Below are positions 1-9,203 of a stretch of 64,000 nt of DNA, piece after piece (position 1 is the stretch's first letter; the number at the start of each line of letters is the position of its first letter). The notes below the pieces were generated by a model. That model was not told the origin of the DNA. It saw only the letters and a list, made by a program, of their open reading frames with translations, and ran no database searches. The DNA is taken from assembly GCA_030682385.1 (NCBI GenBank), contig JAUXOG010000067.1, positions 8,790 through 72,789 on the forward strand. The letters run 5' to 3'. The position numbers were made by a program, and so were the translations under genes. This DNA is from Bacteroidota bacterium (GTDB lineage Bacteria; Bacteroidota; Ignavibacteria; UBA10030; BY39).

Positions 1-398
1 TGATTTAAGCTCCGTGAATAATGAATCCACCTACTCCCGAATGCTTTCGGTACTTCCGCTTGCACTTCGTTTCAGCGGACAAGTCGGCGGACAGGTATCG
101 AATAGTGAATAACGAATGCCGAAAAAAATTTGAAAACCGTGGCGGGATGCCCACACTTGTCCAGAGGTCCGGAGAGATTCCTTCGGAAGATGCTGCGAAC
201 TCAAGAATTGAGAAAAAGTTTGAATGAGGGGAGAAGAGTCGCCGCCCTGGAGATTATAGATTTTGATATATGCACTGTTTACCAATTAATGAAACTCCTT
301 TATGTTATTAGAAAGTTTGTTATCTATTGGTGCCAACTGCCGTAATCCACTGCCGGAAGTATAACATTTTTCGCGTATAAAGTCAAGCCTGCCTGCGC

Positions 399-472
399 CT
401 GCCCGCTGCCAGCCCGACATCTGTCTGGCGAGCAGGCGGGGTAGGCAGGTGTTTTTTTATTTTTTAGCGGAA
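399..472 (+). terminator. GC-rich hairpin followed by a long T-run, a rho-independent-like terminator. It belongs to the GC-rich CCTGCCCGC/GGCAGGCGGG hairpin family seen again at 26.7 kb and 62.4 kb
   Basis: gcctgcctgcgcctgcccgctgcc ... gcgagcaggcggggtaggcaggtg pairs as a long stem and is followed by gttttttta ttttttag. It sits at the tail of the unannotated 1-360 region. Confidence 0.55.
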
Positions 473-671
473 ATTTTTATTTTAAAAATATAAGTATTCA
501 CCCCCCACCCCATAACCTGTTGATATTAAAGAAATTATGGGTGTTATTTTAAAAAATATACATTTAAATATAGTGTGTTTTATTGTGTAATCTTAGTTTT
601 GCAAGTCGGATGTAAACAAAATCCGACCTACGCTAAGAACAAATTCCTCCTATCAAGAAATCGCTTCACGA

Positions 672-775
672 CTCCACTACTCCACTACTCCACCACGCCA
701 CCACGCCACTACTCCACCACTCCACTACTCCATTACTCCATTACTTCACTACCCCATACTCCTACCCACTATCTC
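672..775. repeat. Degenerate 8-bp tandem repeat (CTCCACTA and variants, about 13 copies)
   Basis: Direct reading: ctccacta ctccacta ctccacca cgccacca cgccacta ctccacca ctccacta ctccatta ctccatta cttcacta ... It overlaps the last ~10 codons and 3' flank of the minus-strand cyclodeaminase gene and produces the artefactual + ORF 575..985. Confidence 0.85.
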
Positions 776-1375
776 CATTATTTCGCTGCTCAACTTTTTA
801 CAAGTTTTCATTACCGATTCGACCTCTTCAGATTTCCATCCGACAAATTCAATATCATTAATGCCGGCGAGATTAATTTTTACATTCAAAGCGGCGCCTT
901 CGGCAGCAGCTTGAAGCATCAAAGCAGCTACGCCGGCATCGCTGACCGAGTTTGTGTTTCCCTTCTCTGCAACTATCTTGGCTAATGCAAGCGCATCGAC
1001 GCAGTGCTTCATAACTTCGAGAGGTATAAGCGTTGCCTCTTTTGTCGCTGATTGTATTGCTGCGCTGCGAATCGCCTTTTGTGCATCGCTCTCTTTCGGC
1101 AAGCTGTATGCTTCCATCACTTTGTTAAAAGCTTGCGTATCTTTATCAATCAAATCAGTAAATTGCTTACGGAGCGGTTCTATTTTTTCTAAAACCTTTT
1201 TTATTTCTTCTTCAACATCCCCATATTTCTTTTTGCCAATTGTTAAGTTGCAGACCATAGCGGTGAGTGCTGACCCAAGGGCGCCGGCTAATGCCGCAAC
1301 ACTTCCGCCTCCGGGCGCAGGCGAGTTTGAGGCGAGCTCATTTAGAAATTCTTCAACAGTTTTTTTTGCCAACAT
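749..1375 (-). CDS. Formimidoyltetrahydrofolate cyclodeaminase (cyclodeaminase/cyclohydrolase family, FtcD C-domain-like)
   Basis: 208 aa. The N-terminal SNSPAPGGGSVAALAGALGSAL signature is typical of the cyclodeaminase domain. It lies next to the formimidoyltransferase and hut genes. Confidence 0.8.
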   Translation of the reverse strand: MLAKKTVEEFLNELASNSPAPGGGSVAALAGALGSALTAMVCNLTIGKKKYGDVEEEIKKVLEKIEPLRKQFTDLIDKDTQAFNKVMEAYSLPKESDAQKAIRSAAIQSATKEATLIPLEVMKHCVDALALAKIVAEKGNTNSVSDAGVAALMLQAAAEGAALNVKINLAGINDIEFVGWKSEEVESVMKTCKKLSSEIMEIVGRSMG

Positions 1376-1424
1376 TTACTAACCTTTTTGATCCGCCTGA
1401 GGCGGATTGACTTTGGATTTTTTT

Positions 1425-2468
1425 TTATATCATATACTCGATGATTTTTTTGTTGGGGTCGAATGTTTCGAATTGGCTCAATCCTAAATACTGAGAAGCT
1501 AAATTTATCAAGTCCATTTCCGAAACATTCAGATTATTTAATTGCTCGCCTAAATAAAATTTTCCGGCAGCTATTAATGCGTCTTTTGGAACAAGTCCGA
1601 TAATTTCGCTGCCTGTAACCTCGACGCCGAGAGATTGCGCCTCCTTTTTAACTTCCTCGAAAGCAACATGCGGCATTGTATCATTGAAATTAGTCAGATT
1701 AATCGATATTTGAGCGATGTTGAAACGGTCGAGCAGCACACCCATAGCTTTTACCGATTTAAGCGATCCGGGAACATTCACAGTTTTTCCCTTTTTATCT
1801 TTAACCACTTCTCCCTTTTCGTTTTTCATTGGTCTGCCGCTTTCACGTATTCGTAAAGCAATTTCGTGGGCAATGCTTTTATCGTTGGTTTTTAAATTTA
1901 CATTGTAGGCAATCAGGAAAAAGCGGGCACCGGTAACCGTAGCTCCCGATTTTGGATTGAACTGTGTTGCGCCGGCAACCGGAAAATCGGGAAACCAGTT
2001 CGGGTCGTTCAATTTCTCGGCGAGTCCTTCGTATTCACCTTTCCGTATCGTTGCTAAGTTTATTCTGTCCGGTTTTGCAGCAGCTTCTTCGTATAAAAAA
2101 ACAGGGATTCCAAGTTCAGTGGCAACCCGTTGTCCATACTCATTTGCAAGCCGAACGCAATCAGCCATTGTGGTACCGCTTAAAGGAACGAAAGGAACGA
2201 CATCCACCGCTCCGAGGCGCGGATGTTCGCCTTTGTGATTTCTCATATCAATTAATTCGGATGCTGCTTTTGTCGTTTGGAAAGCTGCCTCTTTAACAGC
2301 TTCAGGTTCGCCAACGAATGTTACCACGGTACGGTTATAATCTTTGTCCGGTTCAACGCTTAAAAGCTTTACATTCTTTACAGAATCGATTCGCGATGCA
2401 ATTTCATCGATGATGTTCGCATCTTGACCCTCGCTGAAATTCGGGACGCACTCTACTAAATGTTTCAT
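1425..2468 (-). CDS. ftcD: Glutamate formimidoyltransferase (FtcD N-domain-like)
   Basis: 347 aa, N-terminal VECVPNFSEG motif, 5-gene hut context. Confidence 0.85.
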   Translation of the reverse strand: MKHLVECVPNFSEGQDANIIDEIASRIDSVKNVKLLSVEPDKDYNRTVVTFVGEPEAVKEAAFQTTKAASELIDMRNHKGEHPRLGAVDVVPFVPLSGTTMADCVRLANEYGQRVATELGIPVFLYEEAAAKPDRINLATIRKGEYEGLAEKLNDPNWFPDFPVAGATQFNPKSGATVTGARFFLIAYNVNLKTNDKSIAHEIALRIRESGRPMKNEKGEVVKDKKGKTVNVPGSLKSVKAMGVLLDRFNIAQISINLTNFNDTMPHVAFEEVKKEAQSLGVEVTGSEIIGLVPKDALIAAGKFYLGEQLNNLNVSEMDLINLASQYLGLSQFETFDPNKKIIEYMI

Positions 2469-2483
2469 TAAAAATCCTTTTTA

Positions 2484-3818
2484 TTAATATTCTAGAAATA
2501 CACCATTTTTTATAACACGATATACATGATTTTCGCCGAAGTGGTAAGGAAGAAATTTATAATTCGGAATATCCAAAATAACTACATCGCCCCGTTTGCC
2601 TATATCTATACTGCCAATTTCATTCGAGAGATTTAAAGCCGCCGCCGCATTAATTGTGGATGCAGTTAAAACTTCCTCCGGACTCATTTTCATGTGAGTG
2701 CAGGCGATAGTCATCATCAGGGGCATCGAGTACGACATACAGGAGCCGGGATTGAAATCGGTGGCAATTGCAACAACCACTCCATTCTCAATCAGTTTCC
2801 GTGCGGGGGCGTATTGATGATTTAGAAAGAAAGAAACTCCGGGCAAAAGTACTGCTGCAACATTTCCTTGTTTTAAGGAGTTGATACCATCATCTGTAAT
2901 ATGTTCCAGGTGGTCAGCAGAAACAGCGCCGATTCTTCCTGCTAATTCTGCACCGCCGAATGAAGTTAGTTCTTCGGCATGAATTTTTGGAAGCAGCCCG
3001 TGTTGCTTTCCGAGTGTTAAAATTTTTTCAGATGTTTCAACATCGAAGTAGCCTTTTTCACAGAACACATCGCAAAAGTCGGCAAGTTTGCGTTGCCCTA
3101 TGTAAGGTATCATTTGATCGCATATCAAACTAACATACCCGTCCGGATTATTTTTGAATTCGGTCGGGAAGGCGTGGGCACCAATGAAAGTAGATACGAT
3201 CGATATAATTTCTTCCTGCCGCAGTTCGCGGATAACATCTAACATTTTGATTTCTGAATCGAAATCCAACCCATAACCGCTTTTAATTTCTACCGTGGTT
3301 GTTCCCTGTTTCAGCATTGAAGTTAAATAACGGCGGGCTTTTTTCTTTAATTCTTTTTTTGATGCTTCGCGTGTTATACGGACGGAACTTAAAATGCCGC
3401 CCCCTTTTTCAGCAATCTCCTGATAAGTTTCACCGGCTGAGCGCATACCGAATTCGTCCTCGCGGCTGCCGCCAAAAACAAGATGAGTGTGTGAATCGAC
3501 AAAACCGGGCATCACGACTTTATCAGAACAATCGTATTCTATAAAATTGTTAGATAAGTTTTGGGGTAAATCCTCCATCTTTCCGAAGTGCGAAATAAGT
3601 CCGTTTTCGATTACCACGACGGCGTTCTCGACGATGCCCAAATTTCGCATTTCATCACCAACACGAAAGCGTCTATCTTTAGGAGATGTTAATTCCGACG
3701 AGAGAGTAACAAGCTGTTTTATGTTCGTTAATTTGAGATTCACATTGCAAAGATAAGAAAAGGGGGCTGATTTTGCAAAGTTTTTTTTATCGGTTGCAAG
3801 AAAAACCAACGCTGGCAC
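2484..3818 (-). CDS. hutI: Imidazolonepropionase
   Basis: PGFVDSHTHLVFGGSRE metal-binding motif with an amidohydrolase fold. The N-terminus is uncertain: the track start may be TTG/GTG, and the true start is probably downstream of 3818. Confidence 0.85.
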   Translation of the reverse strand: MPALVFLATDKKNFAKSAPFSYLCNVNLKLTNIKQLVTLSSELTSPKDRRFRVGDEMRNLGIVENAVVVIENGLISHFGKMEDLPQNLSNNFIEYDCSDKVVMPGFVDSHTHLVFGGSREDEFGMRSAGETYQEIAEKGGGILSSVRITREASKKELKKKARRYLTSMLKQGTTTVEIKSGYGLDFDSEIKMLDVIRELRQEEIISIVSTFIGAHAFPTEFKNNPDGYVSLICDQMIPYIGQRKLADFCDVFCEKGYFDVETSEKILTLGKQHGLLPKIHAEELTSFGGAELAGRIGAVSADHLEHITDDGINSLKQGNVAAVLLPGVSFFLNHQYAPARKLIENGVVVAIATDFNPGSCMSYSMPLMMTIACTHMKMSPEEVLTASTINAAAALNLSNEIGSIDIGKRGDVVILDIPNYKFLPYHFGENHVYRVIKNGVFLEY

Positions 3819-3956
3819 ATACCACGAATAAAAAATTCAGAAGAACTCGTTCTTGTGGTGTCCAGAAAAATCCCGCCGGTCAATTTCCGACATTAGAAAT
3901 AATTGCAAAAGTAATTCTGAAGCTGCCCTAACTAAAACAAAGGGAGTTCAGAAACA

Positions 3957-4268
3957 TTAACCTTTTCGTGTAAGTTCTAATCTGCTTGCGTGCTTTTGTA
4001 CGGCTAATTTTGTTGTGCCGATTTTCTTAGCAATTTTATCGGTATCAATTTTTCCGTACCATTTTTTCAGGTATTCGACGTTTTTAGGATCCCACGTAGG
4101 TGTCGGATTTTTACATCGAATCTTGTTAAGGTGAGCGGTTGCCCTTATAGTGTTTATACTCCTTCCAAGTAGCTTTGAAGTATAGATAACCCCGTTAGCA
4201 GGACAATGTTTTTTTAGAAGACTAATTTCTTCTTTTGTCCAACGCTCATATTTTTTCTTTTTTATCAT
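3957..4268 (-). CDS. Hypothetical small basic protein with two tandem ~40-aa HTH-like repeats
   Basis: 103 aa. WTKEEISLLKKH...NTIRATAHLNKI and WDPKNVEYLKKWYGKIDTDKIAKKIGTTKLAVQKHASRL are internal repeats. No family is recognised. Confidence 0.4.
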   Translation of the reverse strand: MIKKKKYERWTKEEISLLKKHCPANGVIYTSKLLGRSINTIRATAHLNKIRCKNPTPTWDPKNVEYLKKWYGKIDTDKIAKKIGTTKLAVQKHASRLELTRKG

Positions 4269-4340
4269 CTTCAGTATCTCCTATGTTATTTGTATCGGTA
4301 ATATATGAAATATGAAATTAAAGTCAAAACGTATGTGTAA

Positions 4341-4808
4341 TTATCCAACCTGAGTCGAGAGGAAGATGCCTACGCTCATTTGGCTGATTTGGTCTTGCAG
4401 TTCTTCGATCTGATCGATGTGGCGGTCTTCGTCCAACAAAATATTCTCTAACATTTCACGGGTTGCAAAATCCCTTACATCGCCTGCAAATATAATTACA
4501 TCGTTGTACATTTTAATCGCATCCGATTCTGAAGCGAGATCACTTGCGAGCATTTGCGGAACATCGGCTCCGATTTTTACAGTCCCGAGTTTGCTTACAA
4601 CCGGAGTTCCTTCCAGAAAGATTATTCTTGCGATTAGTTTTTCAGCGTGTTTCATCTCGTCGATTGCACGCTTTTCAAAAAGCTTGTGAAGTTTCTCGTA
4701 GCCCCAATTATTACACATCTCGGAGTGAACCATGTATTGATTAACTGCGGTTAGCTCGTCTGCTAAAAGCAGATTTAATTTTTCGAGTAGCTCTTTATTT
4801 CCTTTCAT
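4341..4808 (-). CDS. bfr: Bacterioferritin
   Basis: 155 aa with ferritin-like diiron ligand spacing (ELTAVNQY..E..H; EDRHID). Typical Bfr length. Confidence 0.85.
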   Translation of the reverse strand: MKGNKELLEKLNLLLADELTAVNQYMVHSEMCNNWGYEKLHKLFEKRAIDEMKHAEKLIARIIFLEGTPVVSKLGTVKIGADVPQMLASDLASESDAIKMYNDVIIFAGDVRDFATREMLENILLDEDRHIDQIEELQDQISQMSVGIFLSTQVG

Positions 4809-4849
4809 AGTGAGTCCTTTCGTTTAAAAATTATCCGATGAAATTGTTG

Positions 4850-6217
4850 TTACTCCACTTTTATTTGATACTGCTGTATTTTGGTATAAAGTGTTTTTAA
4901 ACTAATGCCAAGTATTTTAGCGGCTTCGGCTTTATTGTTTTGCAAGCTTTTCAATACACCTTCGATGTGTGTTTTCTCTACATCTTTTATTGGAACATGG
5001 CTGCCAATCAATCCGCTTTGTTCAAGGTTTTGCAGAAGGTTGGATGACCGCAATGGAAGCGATAAATCGTAAGGCTGTATCAAATCATCTCTCGAGAGTA
5101 TTGCTGCACGTTCGATCATATTTTCAAGTTCGCGTACATTTCCGGGCCAATCGTATTTTATAAGTACCTCCATCGCGGCTGGACTTAGCTGTTTACGGAC
5201 TTTCATTTTTAGTTTCTTCGTTAGGAAAAATTCTACTAAACGGGGTATATCTTCTTTTCTTTCCTTCAAAGTTGGCATCTCAATCGTGATGACATTCAGT
5301 CGGTAGAGCAAATCTTCGCGGAATCTTCCTTGTTTTACTTCTTCAACTAAATCTTTGTTTGTTGCGGAAATAATTCGCACATCCGATTTCAGTACCGCAT
5401 TACCACCAACACGCCGGAACTCGCCGCTCTGTATAAACCTCAATAATTTTGGCTGTATTAGCGGGCTTATATCACCGATTTCATCCAAAAACAAAGTCCC
5501 GTTGCCGGCGAGCTCAACCAAACCCTGCTTCATCGAACGGGCATCGGTGAAAGCGCCACGTTCGTGGCCAAACAATTCACTTTCGATTAGCGTGTCTGGA
5601 ATTGAGGCACAATTGAGGGCAACAAACGGCTTGTCGGCACGATCGCTGTTTTTATAAATAAAACTTGCTACTAACTCTTTACCCGTTCCACTAGCACCTT
5701 GAATTAATATGGTCGATTCTGTCGGTGCAATTTTCAAAGAAATATCTAAAACCTTTTTAAAATTCGGACTGCTGCCTATGATTTCAGTAGAACCGGCAAT
5801 ACGTAATAATTCAGCTTTTATTAATTGGTTCTCGCGAAGAAGTGTTTGCTTTTCAATTATTTTTTTGATCGTTCGGTGCAACTCGGTTGCTGAATATGGT
5901 TTAGTAAGAAATTCGTAAGCGCCCGACTTCATGCAATCGATAGCTATTCTTATATCGCCAACGCCGGTCAGCATAACCACATCGATATTCTGTAAATTTT
6001 CTTTAATAAATTTGAGGACATCGACACCATTGACCTTCGGCATTTTAATATCTAAAAGTGCAATGTCGAATGCTTTCGTTTGAAGCATGTTTATTGCCTG
6101 GACACCATCGGATACTAAATCAATATCGTATCCGGCAGTTTCCAAAAAATATTTCAGCATAAAACGGAATTCTTCTTCATCGTCCGCGATTAATATTCTT
6201 GTACTCTGTTTTACCAT
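4850..6217 (-). CDS. Sigma-54-dependent response regulator (NtrC/AtoC family)
   Basis: REC domain (ILIADDEEEF...D) plus AAA+ sigma-54 activator domain (GASGTGKELVA, ESELFGHERGAFTDA) plus C-terminal HTH (AAKILGISLKTLYTKI). Confidence 0.9.
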   Translation of the reverse strand: MVKQSTRILIADDEEEFRFMLKYFLETAGYDIDLVSDGVQAINMLQTKAFDIALLDIKMPKVNGVDVLKFIKENLQNIDVVMLTGVGDIRIAIDCMKSGAYEFLTKPYSATELHRTIKKIIEKQTLLRENQLIKAELLRIAGSTEIIGSSPNFKKVLDISLKIAPTESTILIQGASGTGKELVASFIYKNSDRADKPFVALNCASIPDTLIESELFGHERGAFTDARSMKQGLVELAGNGTLFLDEIGDISPLIQPKLLRFIQSGEFRRVGGNAVLKSDVRIISATNKDLVEEVKQGRFREDLLYRLNVITIEMPTLKERKEDIPRLVEFFLTKKLKMKVRKQLSPAAMEVLIKYDWPGNVRELENMIERAAILSRDDLIQPYDLSLPLRSSNLLQNLEQSGLIGSHVPIKDVEKTHIEGVLKSLQNNKAEAAKILGISLKTLYTKIQQYQIKVE

Positions 6218-6233
6218 AAATTAAGTATCTCCA

Positions 6234-7346
6234 TTAATAATTTTTAAAGTCGGTATCTACCGGGACTGCAAATCGGATCGTTGTTCCTTTGTTGGCTTCC
6301 GATTCTGCTAAAATATATCCACCGTGCACCTCAACTATTAATTTGCAGAGAGCCAAACCCAAACCGGTAGTTTTTTCTTTATTCGGAGTTTCCGGTTTGT
6401 ACTTATCAAAAATATGTAGAAGCATATTTCCGGGAATACCAACACCGTTATCGGAAACCGAAACTTCTACAAACTGACGCAGCGCCCCATCCTGTTCTTT
6501 ATGAATTGCCGTAGTACTAATCGAAATTTTTCCCCCCGTTGACGAGTATTTAATTGCATTATCCAAAATGTTAATTAGAACCTTCTCAATTTTTTCAGAA
6601 TCGATTTCTATAGTCGGAACATTTTTATCTATCGATAGTTCGAAATTAATATTTTTTGCTTTTGCGTCGGCTTCCAATCGGCTGCAAACGGCAGGCACAA
6701 GTTCGTCGAGGTTTACGGGCAATTTATCGAGTTGTACATTGCCGCTTTCTAACTGAGCTAAATCAATCAAGTCGTTTATCGTTGCATTTATTTTCATCAA
6801 TGTATGGTCGATGTGGTTTAGTAATTCTCGTTGCTTTTCAGATACAATATTATCAAGCCCTTTGTTTAAAAGACTAACAGCCGATTTTACAGCAGCAAGT
6901 GGAATGCGCAGTTTGTGCATGACAAGTGTCGGAAAATCAATCTGAATTTCTTGCAGCCTTCTATCTTCTTCGCGCGACCGTATTAATGATTTCATTTTAT
7001 CAAGCAACAAATCCACCTGTATCGGTTTTTCGAGGAAATCGCATGCACCGTATTTTATGCTTTCAACAGCGCTCGGTATATCCGCAAAAGCCGTAACCAT
7101 AATGATGTCGGTGTTTGGCGTTATTCGACGCAGAGTTTTTAATGCTTCGAGTCCATCCATTTCCTCCATTCTTATATCGAGTAAAATTATAGTGTAATCT
7201 TTTAATGCAACCATACTCAATGCTTCGTCCCCACTTGATGCTTCATCGACAAGAAATCCTTCTCCTTGGAGTTGATCTTTTAACATTGAGCGAAAATGTT
7301 TCTCGTCGTCAACAATAAGTATCCGATTAAAACTCTCTTTTTCCAT
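6234..7346 (-). CDS. Hybrid response-regulator receiver / histidine kinase
   Basis: N-terminal REC (ILIVDDEKHFRSML...DIRMEEMDG), an H-box (MHKLRIPLAAV) and a C-terminal HATPase_c (DNGVGIP...GLGLALC). Adjacent to the NtrC-like regulator. Confidence 0.8.
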   Translation of the reverse strand: MEKESFNRILIVDDEKHFRSMLKDQLQGEGFLVDEASSGDEALSMVALKDYTIILLDIRMEEMDGLEALKTLRRITPNTDIIMVTAFADIPSAVESIKYGACDFLEKPIQVDLLLDKMKSLIRSREEDRRLQEIQIDFPTLVMHKLRIPLAAVKSAVSLLNKGLDNIVSEKQRELLNHIDHTLMKINATINDLIDLAQLESGNVQLDKLPVNLDELVPAVCSRLEADAKAKNINFELSIDKNVPTIEIDSEKIEKVLINILDNAIKYSSTGGKISISTTAIHKEQDGALRQFVEVSVSDNGVGIPGNMLLHIFDKYKPETPNKEKTTGLGLALCKLIVEVHGGYILAESEANKGTTIRFAVPVDTDFKNY

Positions 7347-7494
7347 CTATGGCTCCTTCTATATGATTGTCTAACATATCGTATTTTATCGAAAAAGATT
7401 ATCAAAGTCAACTTTTTTTTGAAAATTTTACAAACGGTTGCTTTTTTATGCTTTTCTTAATAAATTTACAGAAATTTTACCCACGCAAAATCCT

Positions 7495-9054
7495 ATGAAA
7501 AAACTACAACTTGACGGAAACAACCTAACAATCACCAATGTCGCGGCTGCTGTTAATAATTTTAACAATATAAAAATAGATTTTACCAAAGATGCGGCGA
7601 GGAATATTAAGGCATCACGTACGATGGTTGACAATTGGGTGCGAAACGGAGATATTATTTACGGAGTTACTACAGGCTTTGGCGAATTCAGCAACGTTAC
7701 AATTAGCACCGAAGACATCGAGCAACTTCAGGAAAATTTAATTATGAGCCACTCAGCCGGTGTGGGCGAACCGCTGCCGCTCGAAGTTGTACGTGCGATG
7801 ATTATTTTGCGACTGAATGCACTTGCAAAAGGTTACTCAGGAATTCGTTATGAAACTTTGGATTTTGTTAGAAAAGTTTTCAATGCCGGCATCACTCCTG
7901 TAATTCCGTCGAAAGGATCTGTCGGATCCAGCGGCGACCTCGTTCAACTTTCGCATTTAGTTTTGACTATGATGGGAAAAGGAAAAGTTTTGTATGAAGA
8001 TATTTTAATGGACTCATCGATTGCATTAAAAAAGATTGGACTTGAACCGCTGCGTCTAAGTGCGAAGGAAGGTTTAGCTCTCATCAACGGAACACAACTG
8101 ATGACTGGATACGGAGCGTTAATAATGTTCGCAGCCGCTCAACTTTGTAAGATTGCAGATATTGCTGCAGCGATGAGCTTTGAAGCATTGAAAGGAACCG
8201 ATACAGCATTCGACGAGCGGATACATAATCTGAGACCGCACGAGGGACAAAAAATATCGGCAGCAAATTTACGCAAACTTATTGCAGGCAGCGAGATTCG
8301 TGAATCGCACCGTAAAGACGATCCTCGCGTTCAAGATGCTTACTCACTACGATGTATCCCGCAGGTTCACGGCGCTTCGCGCGATGCAATTAATTACGCA
8401 TACAATGTAATTGAAACTGAGATAAACTCAGTTACCGACAACCCGATAATTTTTCCAAAAGAAAAAATACATTTAGAAGGGGGCAACTTCCACGGTCAAC
8501 CGCTTGCTCTTGCACTCGACTTTACCGGAATTGCACTTGCCGAGTTTGCCAATATTTCGGAACGCCGAATCGAGAGAATGTTAAACGGAAATTTAAGCGG
8601 ACTTCCACGCTTTTTAACAACACGCGGCGGACTAAACTCGGGCTTGATGATAGCTCAATATACTGCAGCATCGCTCGTCTCTGAAAACAAAGTTCTTGCT
8701 CACCCGGCTTCGGTCGATTCGATTCCCACTTCAGCAAGTCAGGAAGACCACAACAGTATGGGGTCGATTAGCGCCGCAAAAGCATGGCAGATTCTGAAAA
8801 ATGTGCAAGCGGTTTTGGCTATCGAACTTATGGTCGCTGCACAAGCTGTCGATTTTGCCTCAATAAATGTAACGACTGCGAAAGTTATGAAGCTTGGTAA
8901 AGGAAGCGCTGCGGCTTACAAATTAATTCGAAAACATATTTCGCATCTAACCGGTGATAGAGTTTTACACGACGATATTTCGAAATCGTTGAACTTAATT
9001 ACAACGGGTGCTGTTATCAGTGAAACTGAAAAAGCAATTGGAAGAATTGAGTAA
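7495..9054 (+). CDS. hutH: Histidine ammonia-lyase (MIO-dependent aromatic amino acid lyase family)
   Basis: GSVGSSGDLVQLSH is a MIO-forming motif, an SSG variant of the usual ASG. About 520 aa. Start placed at MKKLQLDG (7495), not the track start 7438. Confidence 0.85.
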   Translation: MKKLQLDGNNLTITNVAAAVNNFNNIKIDFTKDAARNIKASRTMVDNWVRNGDIIYGVTTGFGEFSNVTISTEDIEQLQENLIMSHSAGVGEPLPLEVVRAMIILRLNALAKGYSGIRYETLDFVRKVFNAGITPVIPSKGSVGSSGDLVQLSHLVLTMMGKGKVLYEDILMDSSIALKKIGLEPLRLSAKEGLALINGTQLMTGYGALIMFAAAQLCKIADIAAAMSFEALKGTDTAFDERIHNLRPHEGQKISAANLRKLIAGSEIRESHRKDDPRVQDAYSLRCIPQVHGASRDAINYAYNVIETEINSVTDNPIIFPKEKIHLEGGNFHGQPLALALDFTGIALAEFANISERRIERMLNGNLSGLPRFLTTRGGLNSGLMIAQYTAASLVSENKVLAHPASVDSIPTSASQEDHNSMGSISAAKAWQILKNVQAVLAIELMVAAQAVDFASINVTTAKVMKLGKGSAAAYKLIRKHISHLTGDRVLHDDISKSLNLITTGAVISETEKAIGRIE

Positions 9055-9096
9055 TGAGCGGTGAGCGGTGAGCATTGAGCATTGAGCGATGAGCCA
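9055..9096. repeat. Heptamer tandem repeat TGAGCNN x6
   Basis: tgagcgg tgagcgg tgagcat tgagcat tgagcga tgagcca, immediately after the hutH stop codon. Confidence 0.85.
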
Positions 9097-9203
9097 TTCG
9101 ACTACGATCAGGGTAAACGTTGAGCGAAGGATTTTTGCATAGAATTGAATGCCCTGAGTGATTAAGAAATATTTTGTAAACAAACAATAGAAAGAAGATT
9201 AAT

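Noticed and set aside
130-230. SRP (4.5S) RNA or RNase P RNA at the window start
   Set aside because: Only a partial resemblance to the GGUCCGGAAGGAAGCAGC SRP motif. The conserved tetraloop context and flanking helices are not found, and no RNase P P4 consensus is present.
575-985. 136-aa + ORF with repetitive translation (TTPLLHYSTTPPRHYSTTPLLHYS..)
   Set aside because: It is the translation of the 8-bp tandem repeat. It overlaps the 3' end of the well-supported minus-strand cyclodeaminase gene and has no functional signature.
954-1382. Antisense ORFs inside long genes (for example 954-1382 +, 1957-2238 +, 12914-13120 -, 16360-16725 -, 58781-59086 +)
   Set aside because: Each is fully embedded opposite a well-supported gene with strong domain signatures. 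These are the shadow ORFs expected in the six-frame track.
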